A stretch of 39,704 nt of DNA from an uncultured Gammaproteobacteria bacterium (GTDB lineage Bacteria; Patescibacteriota; Patescibacteriia; 2-12-FULL-57-11), in contig CAZQBA010000003.1 in assembly GCA_964591635.1 (NCBI GenBank), forward strand, positions 1 through 39,704, in the 5' to 3' direction. Below are positions 9,409 to 18,675 of this stretch, in pieces. Each line of letters opens with the position of its first letter. Within the stretch, counting starts at the first letter, position 1. The notes under the pieces are model-generated. The model saw only the letters and a list, made by a program, of their open reading frames with translations, did not search any database and was not told the origin of the DNA. The translations under genes were made by a program, and so were the position numbers.

Positions 9409-10689
9409 TTAGGCCCGGTCGTAATCGTGCATCTGGACCTGCGCCTGGATCTGCTTGACGATTTCAATAACGACCGAAACGACGATTAAGAGCGACGTGC
9501 CACCGATCACGAACGACTGGTTTCCCGTGGCCTGCTGGAGGGCCAGCGGCAAGACGGCAATCGCTCCCAAGAAGAGGGCGCCGGCCAAGGTGATGCGCTG
9601 CACGATGCTCGTCAAATACTGCACGGTGGACTGCCCCGGACGGATGCCTGGAATGAACCCGCCCTGCTTCTGGAGATTCTCAGCCACCTCTTCCGGTCGG
9701 AAGACGATTGCCGTGTAAAAGTAGGTAAAGGCCACCACCAGGACGAAGTACAGTACGCCGTACACGATCTGATTTTGGAAAGTGACAATCACCCACTGCG
9801 CGGCCGAAACGACCCAGGCGCTCTGGGCCCGCACGAAGAACTGGGCAATGAGCGGTGGGAAGAGGATGAACGAAATGGCGAAGATGATGGGGATGACACC
9901 CGCAATGTTCACCCGAAGTGGTAGATGATTGGTTGCACCACCCACCAAGCGGCCGCCGCGCATCTGCTTGGCATAGGATACCGGCACGTTGCGCTGGCCT
10001 TCCGTCACAAACACCACGCCGACGATCATTGCCACTGCCCCCAGTGCCAAGAGAATCAGGAGAATCGTGTCGGCCGTATCGAAAGTAAGGACGCCCTGCT
10101 GGATCCGCTGTGGGAGTGCGGCCACGATGTTGGCAAAAATCAGCAAGGAAATGCCGTTCCCCATTTTGCGCTCCGAAATGATTTCACCAATCCACATCAA
10201 GAACAGTGAGCCAGCCGTCATGGTGATCATGGTCACGACCCAACCAAACAGGTCCAGGTTCCCTAAGACGTTCTGCGGAGATTGGCGCAGGAGGGTCAAG
10301 ATACCAAAGGCCTGCAAGAGCGCCAACGGCACCGTCAGGTAGCGCGTCCATTGATTGATCCGGGCGCGACCGGCCTCCCCCTCTTTCTGGATCGCCTCCA
10401 GTTTCGGAATAATGATGGTCAACAATTGGAAAATGATGGACGAGGTGATATACGGCCCGACACCCAAGGATACGACGGAGAAGTTCTCAATAGCACCTCC
10501 CGAAAAAAAGGAGAGAAGCCCCAAGAACTGGTTCGTTTGGAAGTAGAGGCGCAGTTGTTCTGCATCCACCCCCGGAATCGGGATGTGAGCGAGCACGCGG
10601 TACAAAGCCAGGGCGCCAATAATCACGAGGAGCCCGGTACGGACCTCGCGGATCGTCCACATTTTTTTGATCGTATCCCCCACAGCCAT
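9409..10689 (-). CDS. secY: Preprotein translocase subunit SecY
   Basis: 10-TM pattern with GGAIENFSVVSLGVGPYITSSIIFQLL and GEIISERKMGNGISLLIF. The start is set at the ATG at 10689 (MAVGDTIKK...), which avoids a 32-nt overlap with rplO. The track start at 10731 remains possible. Confidence 0.88.
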   Translation of the reverse strand: MAVGDTIKKMWTIREVRTGLLVIIGALALYRVLAHIPIPGVDAEQLRLYFQTNQFLGLLSFFSGGAIENFSVVSLGVGPYITSSIIFQLLTIIIPKLEAIQKEGEAGRARINQWTRYLTVPLALLQAFGILTLLRQSPQNVLGNLDLFGWVVTMITMTAGSLFLMWIGEIISERKMGNGISLLIFANIVAALPQRIQQGVLTFDTADTILLILLALGAVAMIVGVVFVTEGQRNVPVSYAKQMRGGRLVGGATNHLPLRVNIAGVIPIIFAISFILFPPLIAQFFVRAQSAWVVSAAQWVIVTFQNQIVYGVLYFVLVVAFTYFYTAIVFRPEEVAENLQKQGGFIPGIRPGQSTVQYLTSIVQRITLAGALFLGAIAVLPLALQQATGNQSFVIGGTSLLIVVSVVIEIVKQIQAQVQMHDYDRA

Positions 10690-10699
10690 AGGTATGCGG

Positions 10700-11146
10700 T
10701 TACGCGGCAACGCTGCCGCCAGCACGTTCAATCGCGGCGCGCGCGCCAGACGAACAGGTCACCCCTGCACCAATCGTCAGGGCCTTAGAAATCGTACCGG
10801 TCTGCACCACCTTGGCGGCAGTCGCGTCCGCCGGGACCAATGCGCGTTGCTTCAACAACTTCAAAGTCACTGTTTCGCCAGCCTTCATATGACGTTCCAA
10901 GCGCGCCAAAAGAACGGTTGCGGGATGCACGTGCAAGCTGGTGAAGCCACCCAATTTGGGCAAGGCAGCGATAATCCGCTTCATGCCGAGCTTCTTCAAG
11001 CCGGCCCGACCACCGGAACGGGCCCGCTGGCCTTTCATGCCGCGGGTCGAGTAGGTGCCGTGGCCCGAGGCATTGCCCCGGCCGATCCGCTTCTTCTTGC
11101 GGCGCGACCCGGCAGCCGGACGCAGTGAGTGCAATTCAAGAGACAT
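10700..11146 (-). CDS. rplO: 50S ribosomal protein L15
   Basis: LRPAAGSRRKKKRIGRGNASGHGTYSTRGMKGQRARSGG. The start is moved to the ATG at 11146 (MSLELHSL...), 10 nt after the rpsE stop. Confidence 0.9.
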   Translation of the reverse strand: MSLELHSLRPAAGSRRKKKRIGRGNASGHGTYSTRGMKGQRARSGGRAGLKKLGMKRIIAALPKLGGFTSLHVHPATVLLARLERHMKAGETVTLKLLKQRALVPADATAAKVVQTGTISKALTIGAGVTCSSGARAAIERAGGSVAA

Positions 11147-11156
11147 AAGAGAAAAA

Positions 11157-11690
11157 TTAGGCGGTTGGTGCCTGTTCAGCACGTGCGCTCCGGCGCGGTG
11201 CGCGTGACAGTTTGCCCAGGGCCAAGAACGTGGCTTTCACGTTGTTGATCTTGTTTCCAGAACCCAGAATCTTTGAAACGACGTTTGGCACCCCGGCGAT
11301 TTCCAAGACCGCGCGTACTGCACCGCCGGCCTTAATACCGGTTCCTTTGGGGGCAGGCTTGAGCAGTATCTTGGCTGCGCTCCACTTGGCTTCCACGGCA
11401 TGTGGAATCGTCTCACGCACAAAAGGAATAGTCACCAGCTGCTTCTGGGCCTTGCGCGTGGCCTTATCCACCGACATCTGGACATCGGCGCCTTTGGCCA
11501 AACCAAAACCCACACGACCCTTGTGGTCGCCCACAATAACGAGCGCACGGAAACGCATGCGCTTGCCCCCCTTGGTCACACGAGTGACCCGGGCCAACTC
11601 CAACGTGCGGGAATCAAATTCACGCTGTTCTTGGTCGCGCGGTCCGCGGCGACCTCCCCCATCGCGGTTAGTACGTGGTGCTCCAGGCAT
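11157..11690 (-). CDS. rpsE: 30S ribosomal protein S5
   Basis: RVTRVTKGGKRMRFRALVIVGDHKGRVGFGLAKG ... GSGNKINNVKAT. Position in the spc operon supports the call. Confidence 0.95.
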   Translation of the reverse strand: MPGAPRTNRDGGGRRGPRDQEQREFDSRTLELARVTRVTKGGKRMRFRALVIVGDHKGRVGFGLAKGADVQMSVDKATRKAQKQLVTIPFVRETIPHAVEAKWSAAKILLKPAPKGTGIKAGGAVRAVLEIAGVPNVVSKILGSGNKINNVKATFLALGKLSRAPRRSARAEQAPTA

Positions 11691-11695
11691 AGAAT

Positions 11696-12082
11696 TTAGA
11701 ATTGCAAACCTCCATCACGAGCTCCTTCGGCCACGGCACGCACCCGGCCATGGTAGGCCCGGCCGCCACGGTCAAACACGACCATGGAAATACCAGCCTC
11801 TGTAGCGCGCTCGGCCAGAAGTTTCCCGACCGCATAGGCAGCGGCCACCTTTGCCTTCCGATCCCCAGCCGCGGCCAGCATGTCTTTTTTGAGCTCCGTA
11901 TCCACTGCGCTCACCAACGTCCGTCCCAGCGTATCATCCACAAGCTGGACGCGCATGTGCGCCAAACTCCGGGCCACGGAAAGCCGCGGCCGTTCGGACG
12001 TGCCCTGAACCCGCGCCCGGATCCGGCGTTGCCGGCGGGCTTTGAGTGCTTGTTTGCGTTTATTGGGATTGCTCACGCGCAT
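11696..12082 (-). CDS. rplR: 50S ribosomal protein L18
   Basis: RPRLSVARSLAHMRVQLVDD ... VFDRGGRAYHGRVRAVAEGARDGGLQF. Confidence 0.95.
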   Translation of the reverse strand: MRVSNPNKRKQALKARRQRRIRARVQGTSERPRLSVARSLAHMRVQLVDDTLGRTLVSAVDTELKKDMLAAAGDRKAKVAAAYAVGKLLAERATEAGISMVVFDRGGRAYHGRVRAVAEGARDGGLQF

Positions 12083-12091
12083 ACGAAGAGA

Positions 12092-12652
12092 TTACTTGGC
12101 GCCGGCCTTAGCGGCCTTCCCGGCCTTGCGGCGAATGTGTTCGTCAACATACTTGATGCCCTTCCCCTTATACGGTTCCGGCTTGCGGATTTCCCGAATA
12201 CGGGCGGCCACCTGGCCGAGCAGTTCGTTGTTGGCGCCGGAAAGAGTGATGGTGTTCTTGTCCACGGCAGCAGTAATGCCTTCGGGCATAGCAATCGGCA
12301 CATCATGCGAGTAGCCCACGTCGAGCGTAATGCTCTTGCCGCCCCCCGCCACTTTGTAGCCGACACCGACCACTTCCAGCTTCTTTTCAAAACCTTGGGT
12401 CACGCCCGTCACCATGTTGGCGATGAGGTTGCGGAAGAGGCCCCACAAGGCGCGATCCTGGGTATTCTCCGGATCCGCGACCGTCACGGTGACCGCCTTC
12501 TGCCCTTCAAATTCACCTACCACTGCCTGGACGTGTGGGTGCAACGTGCGGGTCAATTCCCCCTTCGGGCCGCGTACCACAATCTGATCCGCATCAATGC
12601 GAACCTCCACGCCGGCCGGGATCACTACGGGGTTTTTTCCAACACGAGACAT
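12092..12652 (-). CDS. rplF: 50S ribosomal protein L6
   Basis: MSRVGKNPVVIPAGVEV...VRGPKGEL...PEPYKGKGIKY. Confidence 0.95.
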   Translation of the reverse strand: MSRVGKNPVVIPAGVEVRIDADQIVVRGPKGELTRTLHPHVQAVVGEFEGQKAVTVTVADPENTQDRALWGLFRNLIANMVTGVTQGFEKKLEVVGVGYKVAGGGKSITLDVGYSHDVPIAMPEGITAAVDKNTITLSGANNELLGQVAARIREIRKPEPYKGKGIKYVDEHIRRKAGKAAKAGAK

Positions 12653-12658
12653 AGGGGT

Positions 12659-13051
12659 TTAGTAGACTTCGCACAAAAGCTCGCCGCCCACTTTGCGGGC
12701 CCGGGCTTCGCGGCCAGATAGAATGCCTTGCGGCGTGGAAATAATGGCCAAACCGTACCCGGAACGGATGCTCGGGATATCGGCATAACCCACGTACACG
12801 CGGCGGCCGGGCGTTGAGACGCGGGACACCCCATGGATCGGGCTTTCCGTACCGGAGTAAGCAAGGGCAATCTTGATGTGACGGGCCACACCTTCACCTT
12901 CGGTCACGGCCGATCGGATGTATCCTTCGCGCGCCAGGATTTCGGCAATGGCAAGCTTCATGCCGGAGTAGGGCACGGTCAATTCCGTCTTTCGGACGCG
13001 CACCGCGTTGCGGATGCGGGTCAGCATGTCGGCGATGGGATCGGTCATCAT
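12659..13051 (-). CDS. rpsH: 30S ribosomal protein S8
   Basis: MTDPIADMLTRIRNA...ILAREGYI...GGELLCEVY. Confidence 0.95.
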   Translation of the reverse strand: MMTDPIADMLTRIRNAVRVRKTELTVPYSGMKLAIAEILAREGYIRSAVTEGEGVARHIKIALAYSGTESPIHGVSRVSTPGRRVYVGYADIPSIRSGYGLAIISTPQGILSGREARARKVGGELLCEVY

Positions 13052-13065
13052 ACAGGTACAACGAG

Positions 13066-13251
13066 CTACCAGCTCGACTTCTTAACGCCCGGGATCTCGC
13101 CCCGGTTGGCCAGCTCGCGGAAGCAGATACGGCACAATTCAAAGGCCCGCATATACCCGCGTTTGCGGCCACAGCGCCAGCAACGGCGAACCAGCCGCGA
13201 GGAAAACTTCGGCGGACGAGCGGATTTCACGATTTGACCTTCGGTTGCCAT
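13066..13251 (-). CDS. rpsN: 30S ribosomal protein S14, zinc-binding type Z (61 aa)
   Basis: [61 protein letters not shown], with CxxC...CxxC. The start is trimmed from the track ORF to the ATG at 13251, 7 nt after the rplE stop. Confidence 0.92.
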   Translation of the reverse strand: MATEGQIVKSARPPKFSSRLVRRCWRCGRKRGYMRAFELCRICFRELANRGEIPGVKKSSW

Positions 13252-13258
13252 AGCACGG

Positions 13259-13804
13259 TTAGTTGGACTCTTTAAAAGGGAACCCGAGATGGGTGAAGAG
13301 CGCCCGGCCTTCTTCACGCGACGTGGCACTGGTCACCACCGTCACTTCCAGGCCGTGCAGCCGCTCCACTTCGTCCGGGGAAATTTCCGGGAACGCGATG
13401 TATTCGCGGAAGCCAATGGCCAGGTTGCCACGATCATCCAGGCACTTCGGGGAAATGCCGCGGAAGTCGCGAACACGCGGCAGGGTGATATGGATGAGCT
13501 TATCCATAAAATCGTTCATGCGCTTGCCGCGGAGCGTGACCATAGCGCCAACCACCATCCCCTGGCGGATCTTGAAGTTGGAGATGGATTTTTTGGCCAA
13601 GGTCTTCACCGGCCGCTGCCCGGTAATGCGTTCCAAAACCGTGAGCACCGTTTCCTGGAGCTTCGGATCTTTGTTGCCGGCCGGGATGCCCACGTTCAAG
13701 ACCACCTTCATGAGGCGCGGAACATCGTGTGCATTGCGGTACCCGTACGCTTCCTTGAGCGCGGGGACGGCGACAGTGCGGTAACGGTCTTGGGTCAACG
13801 ACAT
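13259..13804 (-). CDS. rplE: 50S ribosomal protein L5
   Basis: [13 protein letters not shown]...[19 protein letters not shown]...[17 protein letters not shown]. Confidence 0.95.
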   Translation of the reverse strand: MSLTQDRYRTVAVPALKEAYGYRNAHDVPRLMKVVLNVGIPAGNKDPKLQETVLTVLERITGQRPVKTLAKKSISNFKIRQGMVVGAMVTLRGKRMNDFMDKLIHITLPRVRDFRGISPKCLDDRGNLAIGFREYIAFPEISPDEVERLHGLEVTVVTSATSREEGRALFTHLGFPFKESN

Positions 13805-13808
13805 ATGT

Positions 13809-14114
13809 TTAGCTAATGACTTCCCCGGAGCGAGCTGCCACGCGGGTCATCTTCCCGGCTTCCCGGCGGATGCGGACGCGGGTCGGTTTGCTCGTCTTTG
13901 GGTCAACGAGCATAACGTTTGACACATGGATGGGGCCGGCGAAGCTGACCTTCTGGCCAGCAGCGCCCTTCTGGCGGCGCAAGTACTTGGTCATCTGATT
14001 GACACCTTCCACCACCACCTTGTCCATCTCTGGGAAAGTCTGGGTAATCTTGCCGGTCTTTCCTTTGTCTTTGCCGGCCATCACGATGACGCGGTCTCCA
14101 GTCTTGAGTTTCAT
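13809..14114 (-). CDS. rplX: 50S ribosomal protein L24
   Basis: KOW motif MKLKTGDRVIVMAGKDKGKTGKI. The start is trimmed to the ATG at 14114, 4 nt after the rplN stop. The upstream part of the track ORF overlaps rplN. Confidence 0.93.
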   Translation of the reverse strand: MKLKTGDRVIVMAGKDKGKTGKITQTFPEMDKVVVEGVNQMTKYLRRQKGAAGQKVSFAGPIHVSNVMLVDPKTSKPTRVRIRREAGKMTRVAARSGEVIS

Positions 14115-14118
14115 AGGA

Positions 14119-14490
14119 TTACAGCACCTCAGGCGCGAGGGAGATGATCTTGGAAAAACCCGCGGCGCGCAGTTCGCGGGCCACCGGCCCGAAGATGCGC
14201 GTGCCCTTCGGTTCCTTGCTCTTCTTGTCCACGACCACGCCGGCGTTATCGTCAAAGCGGATGTAGGAACCGTCCTTGCGGCGCGTTTCCTTGCGGGTGC
14301 GGACCAACACAGCATGCACCACTTCGCTCTTTTTGACGGCGCCCCGGGGCTGCGCTTCCTTCACCACGCAGGTGACAATGGACGCCAAACCAGCGGTCCG
14401 GCGCTTGTAGCCGCCCAAGACCCGAATCACCTGGAGCTTTTTTGCCCCGGTGTTATCGGCCACGGCGAGCATGGTGCGATGTTGAACCAT
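14119..14490 (-). CDS. rplN: 50S ribosomal protein L14
   Basis: [27 protein letters not shown]...[11 protein letters not shown]...[10 protein letters not shown]. Confidence 0.95.
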   Translation of the reverse strand: MVQHRTMLAVADNTGAKKLQVIRVLGGYKRRTAGLASIVTCVVKEAQPRGAVKKSEVVHAVLVRTRKETRRKDGSYIRFDDNAGVVVDKKSKEPKGTRIFGPVARELRAAGFSKIISLAPEVL

Positions 14491-14494
14491 AGGA

Positions 14495-14752
14495 TTAGCG
14501 AGAAGGCGTTACCGAAATCAGGCGCCAGCGCTTGTCGCGGGAAATCGGGCGACACTCTTCAATCACCACCTGATCACCCAGCTTGGCAGCACCAACTTCG
14601 TCATGCACCTTGTAGCGCTGACTTTGGACGTACCGCTTGTGGTACTTGGCATGGACCTTCATGCGGTCCACGCGCACGACCACCGTCTTCTGCATCTTGG
14701 CAGAGACGACGGTGCCCGACAGGCGGCGGTGTTGTGCAAGTGTCGTAGTCAT
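14495..14752 (-). CDS. rpsQ: 30S ribosomal protein S17
   Basis: [20 protein letters not shown]...HAKYHKRY...YKVHDE...[18 protein letters not shown]. Confidence 0.95.
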   Translation of the reverse strand: MTTTLAQHRRLSGTVVSAKMQKTVVVRVDRMKVHAKYHKRYVQSQRYKVHDEVGAAKLGDQVVIEECRPISRDKRWRLISVTPSR

Positions 14753-14756
14753 ATGT

Positions 14757-14960
14757 TTAGGAGGCGGTGACTGAGGGCGCCCTGCGAGCCTGGGCCGTCA
14801 ACAACCGGGCAATGGTCTGACGTACCGCCCGAATACGGCGATGTTCCTTGAGACTGCCCTCTGCCGCGGCAAAACGCAAGCGGCGTAGCTCCTCGCGCTG
14901 TTCCGCGAGGTGCTTGGCAATATCTTGAGGCGCGAGCCGTTGAATGTCCTGGTGTTCCAT
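14757..14960 (-). CDS. rpmC: 50S ribosomal protein L29
   Basis: 67 aa. LAEQREELRRLRFAAAEGSLKEHRRIRAVRQTIARLLT. The start is trimmed to the ATG at 14960, 4 nt after the rplP stop. Confidence 0.9.
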   Translation of the reverse strand: MEHQDIQRLAPQDIAKHLAEQREELRRLRFAAAEGSLKEHRRIRAVRQTIARLLTAQARRAPSVTAS

Positions 14961-14964
14961 AGAA

Positions 14965-15378
14965 TTAGATACGTCGGACCACCTTGGTCTTGACCGGCAG
15001 CTTATAGGCGGCCAATTGGAAGGCTTCCTTAGCTGGCTGGTCGGCAATGCCGCCCAGTTCGAACAAGACGGTGCCCGGACGGACAATGGCCACGTAGTAA
15101 TCCACGGCGCCTTTGCCACCACCCATAGTGCTTTCGTTGCCATGGGCGGTCACTGATTTGTCCGGGAAGATGCGAATCCACATTTTTCCACCGCGCTTCA
15201 GGGCGCGCGCCACACAGCGGCGGCCGGCTTCAATCTGGCGGGAGGTGATCCACCCGCCCTCCGTTGCCATCAACCCAATCGAACCGTAACTCACGGTCGT
15301 TTTTTGGGTGGCCGTCTTGTGCATGCTGCTGCCCAGTTTATGCTGCTTGCGGAATTTTACTTTTTTTGGAACCAACAT
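14965..15378 (-). CDS. rplP: 50S ribosomal protein L16
   Basis: MLVPKKVKFRKQHK...ITSRQIEAGRRCVARALKRGGKMWIRIFPDKSVT...MGGGKG. Confidence 0.95.
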   Translation of the reverse strand: MLVPKKVKFRKQHKLGSSMHKTATQKTTVSYGSIGLMATEGGWITSRQIEAGRRCVARALKRGGKMWIRIFPDKSVTAHGNESTMGGGKGAVDYYVAIVRPGTVLFELGGIADQPAKEAFQLAAYKLPVKTKVVRRI

Positions 15379-15383
15379 AGGGG

Positions 15384-16055
15384 TTAGGCAGCTTCAGCCA
15401 CCGGGGCCTTTTCCTTCTTTTCAAACACTTCGCCACGGTAGATCCAGACCTTGACGCCAATGGTGCCGTAAATGGTTTTGGCTGTCCCCACGGCGTAGTC
15501 AATGTCGGCCCGCAAGTTCTGCAACGGCACGCTGCCGCGGGAGAGCGTTTCCGTACGGGCGATTTCGGCACCATTGAGGCGGCCGGCCACTTCCAGCTTC
15601 ACACCTTTGGCGCCGGCCTTCTCCACCCGCTCGGCCGTAGTCTTGAGGACGCGGCGGAACGGCAGGCGGCGCTCGATGTCGGAGACCATCCCCTGCATCA
15701 CGATCGACGCCGACAGGGACGGACGCGAGACTTCCACGATGTTCAGGTTGAGAGTGACTTTGCGGCCCGTGAAGAAACGGTCGCGGATTTTCTTCTTCAA
15801 ATCCTCAGCGCCAGCACCGGAGCGACCGATAATAAAACCAGGCTTGGCTGTGTGGACGACGACCGTGACGCTATTTTGGGTGCGCTCGATTTCAATACGG
15901 TCAACAGCTGCTTCCTTCAAAAGCTCCTGGACCGCGCCACGCAGCTGCACATCCTCGCGCAAAAGCGCCGGGAACTGTTTTTTGGAAAACCAACGGCTGG
16001 CCCAGCCCTGGACCGTACCGATGCGGAATGCTTTCGGGTGTACTTTCTGTCCCAT
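15384..16055 (-). CDS. rpsC: 30S ribosomal protein S3
   Basis: MGQKVHPKAFRIG...KH-domain IIGRSGAG...GRLNGAEIARTE. Confidence 0.95.
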   Translation of the reverse strand: MGQKVHPKAFRIGTVQGWASRWFSKKQFPALLREDVQLRGAVQELLKEAAVDRIEIERTQNSVTVVVHTAKPGFIIGRSGAGAEDLKKKIRDRFFTGRKVTLNLNIVEVSRPSLSASIVMQGMVSDIERRLPFRRVLKTTAERVEKAGAKGVKLEVAGRLNGAEIARTETLSRGSVPLQNLRADIDYAVGTAKTIYGTIGVKVWIYRGEVFEKKEKAPVAEAA

Positions 16056-16059
16056 AGGA

Positions 16060-16473
16060 TTATGCGGCAGTCGCGGCTTGAGCGCGCGGCTTTATTGCTT
16101 TCTTCTTAGTCAGAGCCGGTCGCTTGGCCTTCGGAGGCCGCGCTTCATCGGTCAGTACCAAAATAATATGGCTGGTCCGTTTCTTGATTTCGGCCGCCCG
16201 GCCCATGGCCCGGGGACGGTAGCGCTTCAGGACCGGCCCACCGTCAACGAGGATGGTCTTCACGCGCAAGGTATCGGCAGCCAGTTTAAAATTATGTTCG
16301 GCATTGGCCACGGCAGAAGCCAAAAGTTTGCGCACCGGAAGCGCTGCGGCCTTCGGCAAGAAGGACAGCCGGACTTCCGCTTCACGCGCGGGCAAGCCGC
16401 GGATGACATCGGCAACCAGGCGCACCTTGCGGGGCGACATGCGAAGATAACGGAGTTTAGCCTGGATGTCCAT
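16060..16473 (-). CDS. rplV: 50S ribosomal protein L22
   Basis: LRYLRMSPRKVRLVADVIRG...ANAEHN...VDGGPVLKRYRPRAMGRA. Confidence 0.95.
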   Translation of the reverse strand: MDIQAKLRYLRMSPRKVRLVADVIRGLPAREAEVRLSFLPKAAALPVRKLLASAVANAEHNFKLAADTLRVKTILVDGGPVLKRYRPRAMGRAAEIKKRTSHIILVLTDEARPPKAKRPALTKKKAIKPRAQAATAA

Positions 16474-16478
16474 AGAGG

Positions 16479-16796
16479 TTATTTAGCAGCTGGAGCAGCG
16501 GCGGCCGGTGGGGCTTTGGCTGCGGTTTCCATGTCCTTCTGCATCTTTCCACCATGACGGACGAACTTGCGGGTCGGGGCGAATTCGCCCAACTTGTGTC
16601 CGACCATGTTTTCGACCACATACACGGGCACATGCACCTTGCCATTGTGGACATTGATGGTGATGCCCACCATTTCCGGCACAATCGTCGAAGCCCGGGA
16701 CCAGGTCTTTATAGACTTGTCCCCCGGCTTGGCACGCTGAACACGCATCAGGAGCTTGGGATCTACGAAGATGCCTTTTTTAAGTGAACGGGACAT
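16479..16796 (-). CDS. rpsS: 30S ribosomal protein S19 (Ala/Pro-rich C-terminal tail)
   Basis: [12 protein letters not shown]...[50 protein letters not shown]. Confidence 0.95.
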   Translation of the reverse strand: MSRSLKKGIFVDPKLLMRVQRAKPGDKSIKTWSRASTIVPEMVGITINVHNGKVHVPVYVVENMVGHKLGEFAPTRKFVRHGGKMQKDMETAAKAPPAAAAPAAK

Positions 16797-16802
16797 ACGA
16801 AT

Positions 16803-17639
16803 TTAGTTCGCCTTGCGGCGCTTGACGATAAGTTTGTTGCTCCACTTCTTGGCGCGGCGCGTCTTCACGCCCAAGGCATGCTTGCCCCACTTGGTCTTGG
16901 CGTACTTCATACCAATCGGGTGCTTGCCTTCACCACCGCCGTGGGGGTGGTCGACCGGGTTCATGACCTTCCCGCGGACGGTCGGGCGGATGCCCTTGTG
17001 GCGCATGCGACCGGCCTTACCCAAACGGATGAGCCGGTGGTCCGGGTTTCCAACAGCACCAATCGTGGCCAGGCACTGCCCGGAAATGCGGCGGACTTCA
17101 CCGGATGGGAATTTGACCTGGGCATAGCCAGCTTCCACGGCCATAAGCTGGGCCGAAAGACCCGCACCACGAACGAGCTTGCCGCCTTGGTCTGGCACCA
17201 GTTCGATACTGTGGATGAGCTGACCAACTGGAATGCGGCCAAGCGGCATGCGGTTCCCTGGCTTCACTTCCACGCGCTCCTTAGAAGAAAGGAGGACCTG
17301 CCCCACGGTCACGTCTTGCGGGGCAATGATGTAGCGACGTTCGCCATCACGATAGAGCAACAAGGCCAAACGGGCACCACGAGCCGGATCGTATTCCAAA
17401 GCTTCCACGCGGGCCGGGATATCAAACTTGTCGCGGCGGAAATCCACCATGCGGATGAAGCGGCGGGCGCCACCACCGCGGTGACGGACCGTGATCTTGC
17501 CTTGGTTGTTGCGGCCGCCGGTCCGTTTCTGGAAATAGACCAGATTTTTTTCTGGACGCTTGTTCGTCAAATCCTTCGTTACTGCCGAAGAGGCGAAACG
17601 ACGGCCGGGCGTGGTAGGTTTAAACAGTTTAATCGGCAT
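16803..17639 (-). CDS. rplB: 50S ribosomal protein L2
   Basis: [19 protein letters not shown]...IGNPDH...[33 protein letters not shown]. Confidence 0.97.
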   Translation of the reverse strand: MPIKLFKPTTPGRRFASSAVTKDLTNKRPEKNLVYFQKRTGGRNNQGKITVRHRGGGARRFIRMVDFRRDKFDIPARVEALEYDPARGARLALLLYRDGERRYIIAPQDVTVGQVLLSSKERVEVKPGNRMPLGRIPVGQLIHSIELVPDQGGKLVRGAGLSAQLMAVEAGYAQVKFPSGEVRRISGQCLATIGAVGNPDHRLIRLGKAGRMRHKGIRPTVRGKVMNPVDHPHGGGEGKHPIGMKYAKTKWGKHALGVKTRRAKKWSNKLIVKRRKAN

Positions 17640-17643
17640 ACAA

Positions 17644-18039
17644 TTAGGCAGTGGTCCCGGTAATCTGGTGGCCTACCGGCAAGGTCACCACGGCTTTCTT
17701 CCAGTTTTTCTGGCGGCCATGGGTCCGACCGAAATTGACCTGCTTGCCTTTGACCCGGATCATGTTGACGGCCACCGGGCGCACGCCATACACGTTTCGG
17801 ACGGCGTCTTTGACCTGGAGCTTGGTAGCAGACAAGGCCACAGCAAACACGTACTGGTTCTTGGCGTTCAGGCGGGCCGATTTTTCCGTGGTGTGCAGGC
17901 GCGTCAACACACGCAAGGCAATGCCGGTGTCTTTGGCATCTACCTTGGCAGCAGGCTTTGCGCCTTCTTTGACCGCCACGGCCTTCTTGGCCTGCGGCGG
18001 CTTTTTGGTAAATTTGAATTTGTCGAACAAGGACGGCAT
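17644..18039 (-). CDS. rplW: 50S ribosomal protein L23 (with about 35-aa Lys/Ala-rich N-terminal extension)
   Basis: [52 protein letters not shown]...KKAVVTL. Confidence 0.9.
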   Translation of the reverse strand: MPSLFDKFKFTKKPPQAKKAVAVKEGAKPAAKVDAKDTGIALRVLTRLHTTEKSARLNAKNQYVFAVALSATKLQVKDAVRNVYGVRPVAVNMIRVKGKQVNFGRTHGRQKNWKKAVVTLPVGHQITGTTA

Positions 18040-18043
18040 ATGT

Positions 18044-18670
18044 TTAGGACAGCACTGCAGTGATCTTGGAAACGCCGTCTTGGGTGGTCAGCACCGTGTC
18101 GTGGCTCAACACGTCCATGAGCGACAGGCTGCCGATGGGCACAGACGTGGCATGCGGCAGGTTGGCCAGCGATTTCACGACCTTGGCATCGTGACCGGGT
18201 AAGGCCACCAAAATGGAGCGACCAACCGGCAAGGCCTTCAAGGCCTTGGCCATGGTTTTGGTGGAGTAATCTACCGTGGTAAGCGCGTCCAACACCACCA
18301 GGCGCTCTTGGGCGACCTTGTCGGTAAGCGCCATGCGCAAGGCGGCTTGCTTGGTCTTGCGGTTGATCTTCAAAGAAAAATTGCGGTCTGCGCGCGGACC
18401 AAAGGTGATACCACCACCCACCCAAATCGGTGAACGGCTGGAACCGTGGCGAGCCCGACCCGTCCCCTTTTGCTTCCACGGCTTTTTTCCACCACCGCGC
18501 ACTTCGCCCCGAGTCTTGGTGTTAGCCACTGCTTTGCGGGCGTTGGCTTGCTGGGCAACTGCGGCTTCATGCACCACGGACGGGTTAATGCGCACACCAA
18601 ACACGGCCGGGGACAATTCCTGTTCCCCAACCTTTTTGCCGTCCATGTTGTAGAGCGGTGTGGTCACCAT
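18044..18670 (-). CDS. rplD: 50S ribosomal protein L4
   Basis: TKTRGEVRGGGKKPWKQKGTGRARHGSSRSPIWVGGGITFGP. Confidence 0.95.
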   Translation of the reverse strand: MVTTPLYNMDGKKVGEQELSPAVFGVRINPSVVHEAAVAQQANARKAVANTKTRGEVRGGGKKPWKQKGTGRARHGSSRSPIWVGGGITFGPRADRNFSLKINRKTKQAALRMALTDKVAQERLVVLDALTTVDYSTKTMAKALKALPVGRSILVALPGHDAKVVKSLANLPHATSVPIGSLSLMDVLSHDTVLTTQDGVSKITAVLS

Positions 18671-18675
18671 ATGGG

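Noticed and set aside
11702-12721. 339-aa plus-strand ORF across rplR and rplF. Similar long antisense ORFs lie at 15502-16557, 16878-17663, 18658-19506, 3366-4406, 713-1618 and 34325-35692.
   Set aside because: All lie opposite strongly supported conserved genes, have low-complexity R/G/A/H-rich translations, and lack start contexts. I treated them as GC-driven shadow ORFs.
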